64,000 nt of DNA. It comes from Firmicutes bacterium ADurb.Bin248. Lineage in GTDB: Bacteria > Bacillota > Clostridia > Christensenellales > CAG-138. The stretch covers positions 56,583 through 120,582 of the forward strand of contig MWBW01000001.1 in NCBI GenBank assembly GCA_002069725.1, given 5' to 3'. The first letter of the stretch is position 1; each line of letters begins with the position of its first letter. A program made the position numbers and the translations under genes. The notes below the pieces were generated by a model. It had not been told where the DNA came from and ran no database searches. It worked only from the letters and a program-made list of their open reading frames with translations. This document shows positions 9,721 through 19,024 of the stretch, in pieces.

Positions 9721-10345
9721 GACAAAAGCCAAGGCGGAGCCCTTCTCGGTTTCCGTGGACGACATGCGGCGAAGCGACGCCTACACCATTGAGCATTCCG
9801 TGCCGGGCGGCGAATTGATGCGCAGGGCGGCGCTTGGCGTGTTTCACGCGGCGGACTGGCGCGGCGGCGTCGCCATCGTGTCCGGCGGCGGCAACAACGG
9901 CGGGGACGGCTACGCGCTCGCGTGCGTGCTCGCAAGGCACGGCGTGCGGCCCGTGGTCTACCGCGTGGGCGAGGGCGTCACGGACACAGCCCGCCCCTTC
10001 CTTGACGAGGCGCGGGAGCTTGGCGTGGACATACTCCCCTTCCGGGAGGACACCGACCTTTCCGGCTTCGACATGGTCGCGGACTGCATACTCGGCACGG
10101 GCTTCAAAGGCCCCGTGCGCGGCCTCGCGCGCGAGGCCATACGCGCAATCAACGCCTCGGGCGCGTACGTCGTGAGCGTGGACATCAACAGCGGCCTCGA
10201 CGGGGACACCGGCGCGGCGGAGCTCGCGGTCGCAAGCGATCTCACGGTTTCCATAGGTTTCTACAAGAAGGGCATGCTGACCTGCGCCGCGAAGAAATAT
10301 ATCGGCGCGCTCGTCAACGCGGACATCGGCATCACGAGAGCGTAG
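9701..10345 (+). CDS. NAD(P)H-hydrate epimerase (YjeF N-terminal domain)
   Basis: GGGNNGGDGYALA motif, 214 aa, RBS AGGAGG. Overlaps the end of the WYL gene by 20 nt. Confidence 0.8.
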   Translation: MKRSADKTKAKAEPFSVSVDDMRRSDAYTIEHSVPGGELMRRAALGVFHAADWRGGVAIVSGGGNNGGDGYALACVLARHGVRPVVYRVGEGVTDTARPFLDEARELGVDILPFREDTDLSGFDMVADCILGTGFKGPVRGLAREAIRAINASGAYVVSVDINSGLDGDTGAAELAVASDLTVSIGFYKKGMLTCAAKKYIGALVNADIGITRA

Positions 10346-10346
10346 G

Positions 10347-10365
10347 GGGCGGACGGCATCCGCCC
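10347..10365. repeat. GC hairpin related to family C (GGGCGGA-CGGCA-TCCGCCC)
   Basis: 7-bp stem immediately after the stop at 10345. Related to the hairpins at 20130-20148 and 60245-60263. Confidence 0.4.
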
Positions 10366-10483
10366 GCGGCGGGGATCATACCGGCAATCCGGAGGACCGC
10401 GCGCGCGGCCCGTTTTCGCCTTTCTTCCTCCCGCGTTCCGTCGGATGTATAATAGATCCATCTTCACAGCCAAGGAGGGTGCT

Positions 10484-11692
10484 ATGTGCGACACGATGGG
10501 CTTCCTCGCGGGAGGCGGGGCGTATTTCGCCAAAAACAGCGACCGCAGCCCGAACGAGCCGCAGCTCGCGGAATACCATCCGCGGCGCGGCGGCGCGGGC
10601 AGGCTCAAGGCCACCTACATTGAAATCGAGGACGCGGGGGAGGCGAACGCAGTTTTGCTCTCGCGCCCTTCGTGGCTCTGGGGCGCGGAAATGGGCCTGA
10701 GCGAGCGCGGGGTCGCCATAGGCAACGAGGCGGTGTTCACCAAAGGCGCTTACGGCAAAACCGGCCTGACGGGCATGGACCTCGTGCGCCTCGGGCTCGA
10801 GCGCGGGGAGAGCGCGCGGCACGCGGTCGAGGTGATCGCCTCGCTGCTCGAGCGCTACGGGCAGGGTGGCAACTGCGGCTTCGACCACGATTTCTACTAC
10901 GACAATTCCTTCCTGATACTCGACGCACACGACGTTTATATTCTCGAAACCGCCGGCAAACGCTGGGCCGCCAAACGCTTCGCGCGCGCGGCCATCTCCA
11001 ACAGGCTCTCGCTGGGCGCGCAGGCCGACCTTCTCGGCGGCGGCGCGAAGGCGGGCGAGGATTTCGCGAAGAAGCACCTCGAACCCGTGTATTCCTTTTT
11101 TTCCGGCTCGAAGCAGAGGAACGGCATGGCCTGCGCCGCGCTCGCGGCAGCGGCGGGCGCGCCGGAGCTGATGCGCGCGCTTCGCGCGCACGCGCCCGGC
11201 GTCGCGAACCCGCTGTGCCAAAACAGCGTCGGGAGCGTGTGCATGCACGCGGGGGGCGCCATAGGCGACCACACGACCGCGAGCATGATCGTCGAGTTCG
11301 GCAAGATCGCGAAAGTGTGGATCACGGGAAGCTCCACGCCCTGCGTATCTCTTTTCAAGCCCTGGGCTTTCGGCAACCCTCCGGCGCCGCCCGTATTCGA
11401 GGCGGGGGACGCGCGCGCGAAGGAACACTGGCTCGCGCGCGAGCGCTTCCACAGGAGCCTTCTCGGCGGGGAATTGCCCGCCGCGTATTTCGCCGAGCGG
11501 GACGCGCTCGAAAAAAGCTGGCTTGCGCAAGCGGAAAACGCCGACCTCGCCGCCATGCGGGAGCTTTCGCTTCGCGCGGCCGCCGAGGAAGAAGCCTTCT
11601 ACGAAAAATGGGGACGGGCGGCGCCCGCCCGGGGCAAGGCGCGCGCGTCCTTTTTGAGCTACTGGAAAAAGAAGAACGCGGCGCTCGAATGA
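10484..11692 (+). CDS. Peptidase C69 / secernin-like Ntn hydrolase
   Basis: Mature N-terminus MCDT..., AKNSDRSPNEPQ motif. RBS AAGGAGG precedes the internal Met at 10484. Confidence 0.75.
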   Translation: MCDTMGFLAGGGAYFAKNSDRSPNEPQLAEYHPRRGGAGRLKATYIEIEDAGEANAVLLSRPSWLWGAEMGLSERGVAIGNEAVFTKGAYGKTGLTGMDLVRLGLERGESARHAVEVIASLLERYGQGGNCGFDHDFYYDNSFLILDAHDVYILETAGKRWAAKRFARAAISNRLSLGAQADLLGGGAKAGEDFAKKHLEPVYSFFSGSKQRNGMACAALAAAAGAPELMRALRAHAPGVANPLCQNSVGSVCMHAGGAIGDHTTASMIVEFGKIAKVWITGSSTPCVSLFKPWAFGNPPAPPVFEAGDARAKEHWLARERFHRSLLGGELPAAYFAERDALEKSWLAQAENADLAAMRELSLRAAAEEEAFYEKWGRAAPARGKARASFLSYWKKKNAALE

Positions 11693-11819
11693 GGCCGGGA
11701 AAGCGGCGCGCCGCGGCCGCCGCGCGTGCAAAAACGAAGTAAAATCCCCGCCTCGTCCGCGCGGGTTCCCCGTTGTTTTCCGCCATGCCGGGCATACTAG
11801 AATAAAAGGAGGCGGGAAC

Positions 11820-11987
11820 ATGCGCGGCAGAACCATCATCCCCGGCGGGGATGCGCCCTTCGATCAGGAGGATTCCTACGGCTGGGGCATGCTCATCGGC
11901 TTTTCGGGAGACGGGGAGGAGCGCGCGGACGCGGATGCGTACGGCCTCCCGGACGACTGGGACGCGGACCCTTTGGAAAGGCCGTAG
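11820..11987 (+). CDS. Small acidic hypothetical protein (55 aa)
   Basis: RBS AAAGGAGG. MRGRTIIPGGDAPFDQEDSYGWGMLIGFSGDGEERADADAYGLPDDWDADPLERP. Not in the track (under 60 aa). Confidence 0.4.
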   Translation: MRGRTIIPGGDAPFDQEDSYGWGMLIGFSGDGEERADADAYGLPDDWDADPLERP

Positions 11988-12065
11988 GAAGCGCGCCCTC
12001 TAAGTCCTGTTTATCGCCCCGGAAAACCGCTATGATGAGGACATAAAACGCAAGGAGGAGCGCGC

Positions 12066-12293
12066 ATGAGGCTTTTCGGCGATCCCTTTGACCTCAACGG
12101 CGACGGCAGGGTCGATCCCGGCGAGGAGCTCGTCAGCCTGCTGGTGATTTACGACGAGGATGAGGAAAAGCTCCTGCTCGATCGGGACGATCCCGACGAC
12201 TTCCTCGACGGCGGGGACGAGCCGGCCGGATATGAGGATGACGACGAGGACGACGGCCTTTTCAGCCTTCCCGGAGACGACGGGGACGAATGA
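12066..12293 (+). CDS. Small very acidic protein with a DxNxDGxxD calcium-loop-like motif
   Basis: RBS AAGGAGG. DLNGDGRVDPGEE followed by a D/E-rich tail. Confidence 0.5.
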   Translation: MRLFGDPFDLNGDGRVDPGEELVSLLVIYDEDEEKLLLDRDDPDDFLDGGDEPAGYEDDDEDDGLFSLPGDDGDE

Positions 12294-12352
12294 GCGGCGG
12301 GGCTTCCGGCAACTGGAAGCCCCGCACGGTTTGTGATAAAGGTTTTGCGGGT

Positions 12353-13201
12353 TTATCGAATGCTTCCCGCAATCTTGCGCGCGAGCGCGTCGAGCCAATC
12401 GCCCTCGAACAGCTCGACCATGCCCGCGTCGCACGCGGCGGCGAGTTTCGGGTCGATGGGCAAGCGCGCGGTGTCGGGTATGTTCAGCCGCGCGGCCGTG
12501 TCCGCGAGGCGGCTCTCGCCGAAGGGGAATATGCGCCTGCCGCAGTCCGGGCAATCGATATAGCTCATGTTTTCGACGAGCGCGATGACGGGTATGTTCA
12601 TCATGGCGGCCATGTTGACCGCTTTTTCAACGATCATGCCCACGAGTTCCTGCGGCGTGGTGACGATGACGATGCCGTCGACCGGTATGGACTGAAATAC
12701 CGTGAGCGGCACGTCTCCCGTGCCCGGCGGCATGTCGATGAGCATCACGTCCACGTCGCCCCAGACGACGTCGGTCCAGAACTGTTTGACCGCGCCCGCG
12801 AGTATGGGCCCGCGCCAGACGACGGGCTGCGTATCCTCATCGAGAAGGAGGTTGATGCTCATCACCGGTATGCCCGTTTTGGTCGTCACGGGATAGATGC
12901 CGTCCTCGCCCGCCTCGGCCTTGCCCGTCAGGCGGAACGCCTTCGGGATCGAGGGCCCCGTCACGTCCGCGTCGAGTATGGCGCACTTCAGCCCCATCCT
13001 TCGCAGCAGCACCGCGCTCAGGGAGGTCACGAGGGATTTGCCCACGCCCCCTTTTCCGCTCACGACGCCGATCACGCGGCGGATGCGGCTCATGCGGTGC
13101 GGCTTCTCCAGAAAATCCGTTTTCTCCCGCGAAGGGCAGTTGGCCTCGCAGGAGGAGCAATCGTGGTTGCAGGTTTCGTTCATGTCGCCTCTCCGTTCCA
13201 T
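12353..13201 (-). CDS. Mrp/NBP35 (ApbC) family Fe-S cluster carrier ATPase
   Basis: GKGGVGKS deviant Walker A, N-terminal CxxC..C cluster, conserved CPxC (IDCPDCG). The start could instead be the Met 6 codons downstream. Confidence 0.9.
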   Translation of the reverse strand: MERRGDMNETCNHDCSSCEANCPSREKTDFLEKPHRMSRIRRVIGVVSGKGGVGKSLVTSLSAVLLRRMGLKCAILDADVTGPSIPKAFRLTGKAEAGEDGIYPVTTKTGIPVMSINLLLDEDTQPVVWRGPILAGAVKQFWTDVVWGDVDVMLIDMPPGTGDVPLTVFQSIPVDGIVIVTTPQELVGMIVEKAVNMAAMMNIPVIALVENMSYIDCPDCGRRIFPFGESRLADTAARLNIPDTARLPIDPKLAAACDAGMVELFEGDWLDALARKIAGSIR

Positions 13202-13340
13202 GTATTCGCACCGTTATTATACACCCGCGTGCCGCAACATAGAAGCCCCGCGATCGTCCCTGAAGGATACGCGCGCGGCGAATTCGATTTCCCGCTTGGG
13301 GCGGGAGCCTCTTGCATATTTCGCGCCAAAACCTTATAAT

Positions 13341-13478
13341 AAGAGCGCTTCGGGGGTGGTGCGATTCCACACCGGCGGTGATGCGGCGTATGCCGACGAG
13401 CCCGCGAACCGGCCATGCGGCCGGCCGAGCCGGTGAGATCCCGGAGCCGACGGTACAGTCCGGATGGGAGAAGCGGGC
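13341..13478 (+). promoter_or_regulatory. FMN riboswitch (RFN element)
   Basis: CTTCGGGGGTGGTGCGATTCCACACCGGCGGT...GAGCCCGCGA...GCCGACGGTACAGTCCGGATGGGAGAAG matches conserved RFN core blocks. Lies upstream of an ECF riboflavin S-component. Confidence 0.85.
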
Positions 13479-13487
13479 TTTTTGCTG

Positions 13488-13520
13488 CGTCCCCCCGCTA
13501 AGAGGCGGGGGTATTTTTTA
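13488..13520 (+). terminator. Riboswitch expression-platform terminator
   Basis: CCCCCCGC-TAAGAG-GCGGGGG followed by TATTTTTT. Confidence 0.7.
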
Positions 13521-13534
13521 TGTCGGGAGGAAAT

Positions 13535-14116
13535 ATGAGAAATCCCAGGATTGAGAAGATCGTCAAGATGGGGCTGCTGTGCGCGATGTCGGTCGCGCTG
13601 ATGTACGTCGTGCGTTTTCCGCTGATACTGCCCTTTCTCGAATACGACATGGCGGACGTGCCCATGCTCATAGGCGCGTTCCTCTACGGCCCTTTCTGGG
13701 GGCTGCTGCTCGTGGGCATCGTGTGCGTGCTGCAGGCTTTGACGGTTTCCGCCGGGAGCGGATGGATCGGCTGCGTCATGCACTTCGTCGCCACGGGCGC
13801 GTATGTGCTCGTCGCGGGCACGATCTACCGCGGGAAGCGCACGCTCGGCGGCGCGCTTCTGGGGCTGCTGCTCGGCTCGCTCGCGATGATGCTGATCATG
13901 GTGCCGATGAACCTGTATCTCTCGCCGCTGTTCCTCATGAGCGCCGAGATGGATTACGCGGCGGCGCAGAGCAGCATCATGGGTATCGTGTGGAGCTTCG
14001 TCGCCTTCAACGCCATCAAGGCCGGCATCAACTCGAGCGTGACGTACTTCCTCTATAAGCCCGTGTCGCGGCTGTTCAAAAAGGACTTCTTTACCTGGGA
14101 AAAACGCGCACAATAG
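13535..14116 (+). CDS. ribU: ECF transporter S component, riboflavin (RibU-like)
   Basis: Multi-TM protein directly downstream of the FMN riboswitch. RBS GGGAGG precedes the ATG at 13535. Confidence 0.8.
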   Translation: MRNPRIEKIVKMGLLCAMSVALMYVVRFPLILPFLEYDMADVPMLIGAFLYGPFWGLLLVGIVCVLQALTVSAGSGWIGCVMHFVATGAYVLVAGTIYRGKRTLGGALLGLLLGSLAMMLIMVPMNLYLSPLFLMSAEMDYAAAQSSIMGIVWSFVAFNAIKAGINSSVTYFLYKPVSRLFKKDFFTWEKRAQ

Positions 14117-14212
14117 CTTTGACGGGCACGCGGATTCCATGTATGATAAAGGGGACACGGGCCAGGGCGCTCATGCGCCGGACCGGGCTGAAAAGGAGGC
14201 CGGAAAGGGACG

Positions 14213-16069
14213 ATGCCCAACAGGGACAAGCGCGAAAACGCAATGCTCGCGGTCATGCTCGCGATCCTCGTGGCGGCGACGTTTTACTCCATGTTCCTCT
14301 ATCAGCACGCGTCCGTCGAACGCATCCGCGGCAAGACGAACGAAACCCTCTCCGCGGAGGTGCGGGAGAACAAAAGCGTGTTCCTCGCCGCGCTCGACTG
14401 GCAGTACCGCTCGCTCGAGGCCGTCGCCGCGGGGCTTTCCGCCGCGGGCGTTGAGAACGCGCAGGCGGAGCTTGAAAGGCTTGGCCAATTCGTCGGAGGC
14501 GCGGCGTTTTTTGAGATCTATCTCGCCGACGCCGCGGGGGATTCCCTTGCCGGCGACGAAGGCGCCATCAACATATCCGACAGGCTCTATTTCCGGCAGT
14601 CCCTCGCGGGGGAGCGCGGGCTCGAGGCGGTCGCGAGCCGCATAGACGGCGCGCCGCGCTTCGCGCTCTCCGTTCCCGTCAAATCGGGGGACGCGGTCGA
14701 ACTTGTGCTTTACGCGCTCTTCAGCGAGGACGCCTTTACGGGCGTGCTGCAAACGAAAGCATCCTACGACGGCAGCCGCACGCTGATACTCTCCTGCGCG
14801 GGCGAGAAGGTCTATGGGGGAAGCGGGCTCATGCAGGGCAGCCTGCTTGTGGATCTCGAGCGCGCCGGGGAAGCCGGGGCGCTCGCCGTTCTTCAAAATG
14901 ATTTTGCATCGGGCGCTTCGGGCATCGTCAACTACACGCTTTACGACACGGAAACATACCTCGCCTACGCGCCTCTGGGCGTGAACGGATGGATGATCTG
15001 CACCAGCGCGCCCGCCGCGCGCGTCAACGAGGAGATCTCGCAGACCGTGAAGTCCGGCTACCTGATCGTTGCGGCGATCCTGATACTCGCGGCGGCGTTC
15101 GTGCTGCTCTTCGCGTACGTGGTCAGGCAAAATACGAAGCGGCTTATCGCGGACCAGACGCGCCTTAACGAGATCGGCGCCCGCTACCGCATGGCGCTCG
15201 AGAACACCTCCGTCGCGGTGTGGGACTTCGACCCCGTGCGCCGCGTGCTTTCGATAGACGCGCGCTCCGCGAGGCTCCTTGGCGTGCGCGAGGGCTCGCA
15301 CGAGGATGTGCCGGAATCGCTCATCGCTTCCGGCTTCGTGCATCCCGACAGCGCGCAAGACCTGCGCGGACTTCACGCGAGACTGGCCGCCGGAGAAAAG
15401 TCGCTCGAGGAAGTTTTTTTGCTGCGCGCGCAGAACGGCGAAGGCTGGCGCTATGAGCGCGTGCGCTACACGAACCTGTTCGACGAGAAGGGGCGCGCGT
15501 ATCTCGCCATAGGCATGGGCGAGGACGTCAGCGCCGAGTACGCCGAAAAGCGCCGGCTCGACGAGCTTTCCCTGGCCGCGCAGAGCGACTCGATGACGGG
15601 CCTGTTGAACCATGACGCGACCTTCAGCCACATCAGGCGCTACCTTCGCGCGGAGGGCGCGACGGGTATGCACGCGCTGTTCGTGATCGACATAGACGAT
15701 TTCAAGCGCGTCAACGACACGCTCGGCCACCAGCGCGGCGACGCGGCCATCGAGCAGATCGCCGCCGCGATACGGGCGACCTTCCGCGCGACGGACGTCG
15801 TGGGCCGCGTGGGCGGGGACGAGTTCATGGTGCTTTTGAAGAACGCGCCGGATTTGAGCTTCATCGAGCGCAAGGCGCGCGAGCTCAGGGACGCGCTGCA
15901 CATCCCCTGCGGCGCGGGGGATTGCCTGCCCGTGTCCGCGAGCGCGGGCGTCGCCCTTTACCGCGGGGACGGGAGGCCCTTCGAGCAGATCTACGCCGAG
16001 GCGGACGAAGCGCTGTACCGCGCCAAGAGCGAGGGCAAGGACCGCTTCTTCATAGGCGCGCGCCCGTGA
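14213..16069 (+). CDS. Membrane sensor diguanylate cyclase (extracytoplasmic sensor-PAS-GGDEF)
   Basis: Two TM segments flank a roughly 250-aa sensor domain, then a PAS-like region and a GGDEF motif (RVGGDEFMVL). Confidence 0.85.
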   Translation: MPNRDKRENAMLAVMLAILVAATFYSMFLYQHASVERIRGKTNETLSAEVRENKSVFLAALDWQYRSLEAVAAGLSAAGVENAQAELERLGQFVGGAAFFEIYLADAAGDSLAGDEGAINISDRLYFRQSLAGERGLEAVASRIDGAPRFALSVPVKSGDAVELVLYALFSEDAFTGVLQTKASYDGSRTLILSCAGEKVYGGSGLMQGSLLVDLERAGEAGALAVLQNDFASGASGIVNYTLYDTETYLAYAPLGVNGWMICTSAPAARVNEEISQTVKSGYLIVAAILILAAAFVLLFAYVVRQNTKRLIADQTRLNEIGARYRMALENTSVAVWDFDPVRRVLSIDARSARLLGVREGSHEDVPESLIASGFVHPDSAQDLRGLHARLAAGEKSLEEVFLLRAQNGEGWRYERVRYTNLFDEKGRAYLAIGMGEDVSAEYAEKRRLDELSLAAQSDSMTGLLNHDATFSHIRRYLRAEGATGMHALFVIDIDDFKRVNDTLGHQRGDAAIEQIAAAIRATFRATDVVGRVGGDEFMVLLKNAPDLSFIERKARELRDALHIPCGAGDCLPVSASAGVALYRGDGRPFEQIYAEADEALYRAKSEGKDRFFIGARP

Positions 16070-17055
16070 ACGGCGCAGCGGACGATCGCGAAGCGCGCCT
16101 TAACGCCGCGCTCGCGCAATTCGGCCTGGCGGGCGCTCAGGTAAAACTCATACGCCACAACGAAAACGAAATCTACGACGTGCAAGCGGAGGAGCGCCGC
16201 TTCGCGTTGCGCATCCATATCCCGGCCGAGGGCTTCGCGCCTTTGCCGCTGTGCGGCGCGGACGGGTTCGCCAAACGGCGCGCCGAGGCGGAGCTGCTCC
16301 TGCTGCTTGCGGAGAACGGCTTTCGCGTGCAGCGCCCCGTGCCGGGGAAGGACGGCAAAACCGTGCAGACGCTCCCCGGCGGCGTCCCCGCGACGCTGCT
16401 TTGCTGGCTCGCGGGCGAGAGCTTCGACGCGCTCTGGAAAGAGGCCGACGTGCCGGACGGCGCGGCCTTCGCCGCGGGGCGCGCCGCGGGCAGGCTCGAC
16501 GGCTTCACGAAGGATTGCGTACGCCGCTTCGCGTCCCGCCGCCCGCACTACGGAGAGCGGACGCTGCCCGTGCTCGCGCAAAGACTTCGCGCGGCGCGCG
16601 AGGCGGGCGCAGTGAACGACGCTCAGCTCGCCGGTCTTCTCGCGGCGCTCGCCGCCATGGCGCCGCGCATGCGCGCGGCGGAGCGGGAAACCGGCCTCTG
16701 CGTCTGCCACGCGGACCTGTCGGGCGGCAACCTCATCTGGGACGGAACGGACGCTTCGCCCATCGACTTTTCGCTTTCGGGCCTCGCGAGCCCGTATTTC
16801 GACCTCGCGGGCATGTTCGCGAGCTTCACGCGCGAAAACGTGCGCAAAGCCCTGCTCGCGGGCTTCGAGGAGGGATATGGAAAAAGGGCCGAGCTTCGGC
16901 TCGCGGAGCCGTACTTCGCCCTCGGGATACTGCTGTTCGTCTGCCAGAGATACGAGGCCGCCGGGGATTGGGACTGGTTCTCCTCGGCGCTCGCGCGCTG
17001 GCTCCGGGAAACATTCCTGCCCCTCGCGCGCGGGGAGAGCTTCCTCGCGCTCTGA
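16066..17055 (+). CDS. Phosphotransferase family protein (APH / homoserine-kinase-II-like)
   Basis: HADLSGGNLIW catalytic loop. GTG start overlaps the upstream stop (GTGA). The longer track ORF start lies inside the GGDEF gene. Confidence 0.7.
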   Translation: MNGAADDREARLNAALAQFGLAGAQVKLIRHNENEIYDVQAEERRFALRIHIPAEGFAPLPLCGADGFAKRRAEAELLLLLAENGFRVQRPVPGKDGKTVQTLPGGVPATLLCWLAGESFDALWKEADVPDGAAFAAGRAAGRLDGFTKDCVRRFASRRPHYGERTLPVLAQRLRAAREAGAVNDAQLAGLLAALAAMAPRMRAAERETGLCVCHADLSGGNLIWDGTDASPIDFSLSGLASPYFDLAGMFASFTRENVRKALLAGFEEGYGKRAELRLAEPYFALGILLFVCQRYEAAGDWDWFSSALARWLRETFLPLARGESFLAL

Positions 17056-17059
17056 TCCT

Positions 17060-17881
17060 CTACGCCTTTTTTAAAAACTCCATGACGAGCTTTGAGAAAT
17101 AGGGCTTGGCGCGCTCCGCCGCCTCGAGCACCTCCTGCTCGGTGACGGGTTTGTCCGAAAGTCCGGCCGCATAGTTGCACAAAAGAGAGATGCCAAGCGT
17201 CCTTATGCCGCAGTGCGCGGCCGCGATGCTCTCGGGCACCGTGGACATGCCCACCGCGTCCCCGCCGAGCATGCGAAACGCCCGTATCTCCGCGTGCGAC
17301 TCGTACTGCGGGCCGAGCGCGTTGCAATATACGCCCTCGCGAAGCGCGAGGCCCATTTCCGCGGCGGCTTCCCTGGCCAGGGCGCGGTAGTCCTTGTTGA
17401 ATACGACGCCCACATCCGGGAAGCGCACGCCGAACGCGGGGATGTTCGGCCCCGCGAGCGGGCTTGCCTGCGACAGGTTCAGATAATCCGAAATCAGCAT
17501 CAGCTCGCCTATGCGAAAGTCCGTGTTGAGGATGCCCGCGGCGTTGGTGACGACCATGCTCCGCGCGCCCAGAAGCTTTGCGACGCGCACCGGGAAGGCG
17601 ACCTCGGCGGGCTCGTAGCCCTCGTAGCGGTGCATGCGTCCCTGCATGATCATGACGCGCTTGCCGCACAGCTCGCCGAGAACGAGCCTGCCCTTGTGGC
17701 CCGGCGCGGTCGAAGCGCGAAAGCCGGGGATTTCTTCGTAGGGAATATACGCCGCGCCCTCGGCCAAATCGCCGAGGAAACCCAGCCCTGAGCCGAGTAT
17801 CAGCAGGAATTCCGGCTCCAGCGGGGTTTTTTGGCGTATGGCCTGCGCCGCGCGCAGGTAATCGTCGTAGGTGTAGAACAT
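17060..17881 (-). CDS. punA: Purine nucleoside phosphorylase (PunA type)
   Basis: GHKGRLVLGEL..GRMHRYEGY motifs. RBS AAGGAGG precedes the ATG at 17881. The N-terminal 12 aa of the track ORF read through a repeat. Confidence 0.85.
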   Translation of the reverse strand: MFYTYDDYLRAAQAIRQKTPLEPEFLLILGSGLGFLGDLAEGAAYIPYEEIPGFRASTAPGHKGRLVLGELCGKRVMIMQGRMHRYEGYEPAEVAFPVRVAKLLGARSMVVTNAAGILNTDFRIGELMLISDYLNLSQASPLAGPNIPAFGVRFPDVGVVFNKDYRALAREAAAEMGLALREGVYCNALGPQYESHAEIRAFRMLGGDAVGMSTVPESIAAAHCGIRTLGISLLCNYAAGLSDKPVTEQEVLEAAERAKPYFSKLVMEFLKKA

Positions 17882-17900
17882 GCGCCGGCCTCCTTTGGGG

Positions 17901-17950
17901 CAATTGAAAATTGACAATTGACAATCAGGGAACGCCGCCGTCGGGCGGGA
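17901..17950 (+). repeat. Family-A repeat (heptamer head + GC hairpin)
   Basis: CAATTGAAAATTGACAATTGACAATC + AGGGAACGCCGCCGTCGGGCGGGA. Followed by the 10-bp hairpin GCGGGGCGGC-TTGC-GCCGCCCCGC (17958-17981). Confidence 0.7.
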
Positions 17951-17995
17951 AATTTTTGCGGGGCGGCTTGCGCCGCCCCGCTGCGTTCGTCGTTC

Positions 17996-18988
17996 TTACT
18001 GGCGGCCTATGGTCGCGACCATGACGGCCTTGATGGTGTGCATGCGGTTTTCCGCCTCGTCGAACACCTTGGATTGCGCGGAGCGGAACACTTCGTCCGA
18101 AACCTCCATCTCCCTGAGGCCGTACTTCTCGAAGATCTCGCGGCCCACGCTCGTTTCGAGGTCGTGGAAGCTCGGCAGGCAATGCAGGAAGATGCAATCC
18201 AGGTTGCCGGTTCTTTCCATGAGCGCCCTGTCGACGCGGTACGGCTCGAGAAGCCTGATGCGCTCCTCGAACTGCGCCTCCTCGCCCATGGATACCCACA
18301 CGTCGGAGTAGACCGCGTCCGCGCCCGCGACCGCTTCGAGGTCCTCGGAAAACTCGATCACGGCGCCGGTCGCTTTGGCGACCTCGCGCATTTCGGCGAT
18401 GAGTTTTTCCTCCGGGAACAGCGCCTTCGGCGCGACGCCCACGAAGTGCATGCCCATCTTTGCGCAGCCGATCATCAAAGCGTTGCCCATGTTGTTGCGC
18501 GCGTCGCCTACGAAGCACAGCTTCACCTTCGAGAGGGGTTTGTGGACGTGCTCCTCGATGGTCATGAAGTCCGCGAGTATCTGCGTGGGGTGGTCCACGT
18601 CGGTCAGGCCGTTCCACACGGGCACGCCCGAGTGCCTGGCGAGAAGCTCGACGTCGCTCTGCCTGTAGCCGCGGTATTCTATGCCGTCGTAGTAGCGGCC
18701 GAGCACCTTGGCGGTATCCTCGAGCGATTCCTTCTTGCCCATCTGCGAGTTCGAGAGGAAGGTGCAGCACGCGCCCTCGTCGAACGCCGCGACCTCGAAG
18801 GCGCAGCGCGTGCGCGTGGAGGTCTTTTCGAACAGCAGCACGATGTTGCGGCCCGCGAGCAGATCGCCCCGGATGCCCGCGCGCTTCTTGGCCTTGAGGT
18901 CGTGCGAAAGGTCGAGAAGGTAGCGGAGCTCTTCGGGGGTGAAGTCCTTGAGCGTGAGCAGGGAGCGTCCCTTCAGATTGACTGGCAT
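17996..18988 (-). CDS. argF: Ornithine carbamoyltransferase
   Basis: STRTR, HPTQ and HCLP motifs; 330 aa. Could be the catabolic (ArcB-type) enzyme given its neighbours. Confidence 0.9.
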   Translation of the reverse strand: MPVNLKGRSLLTLKDFTPEELRYLLDLSHDLKAKKRAGIRGDLLAGRNIVLLFEKTSTRTRCAFEVAAFDEGACCTFLSNSQMGKKESLEDTAKVLGRYYDGIEYRGYRQSDVELLARHSGVPVWNGLTDVDHPTQILADFMTIEEHVHKPLSKVKLCFVGDARNNMGNALMIGCAKMGMHFVGVAPKALFPEEKLIAEMREVAKATGAVIEFSEDLEAVAGADAVYSDVWVSMGEEAQFEERIRLLEPYRVDRALMERTGNLDCIFLHCLPSFHDLETSVGREIFEKYGLREMEVSDEVFRSAQSKVFDEAENRMHTIKAVMVATIGRQ

Positions 18989-19024
18989 ATGCTTTCTCCT
19001 TTTCTTATTCTGATTGACGGTAAG

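Noticed and set aside
17958-17981. The 10-bp GC hairpin after argF as a canonical intrinsic terminator.
   Set aside because: In the argF (minus) sense it is followed by AAAAATTT rather than a U-tract. It may still pause or terminate, but it is not a textbook terminator. It is noted within the family-A feature instead.
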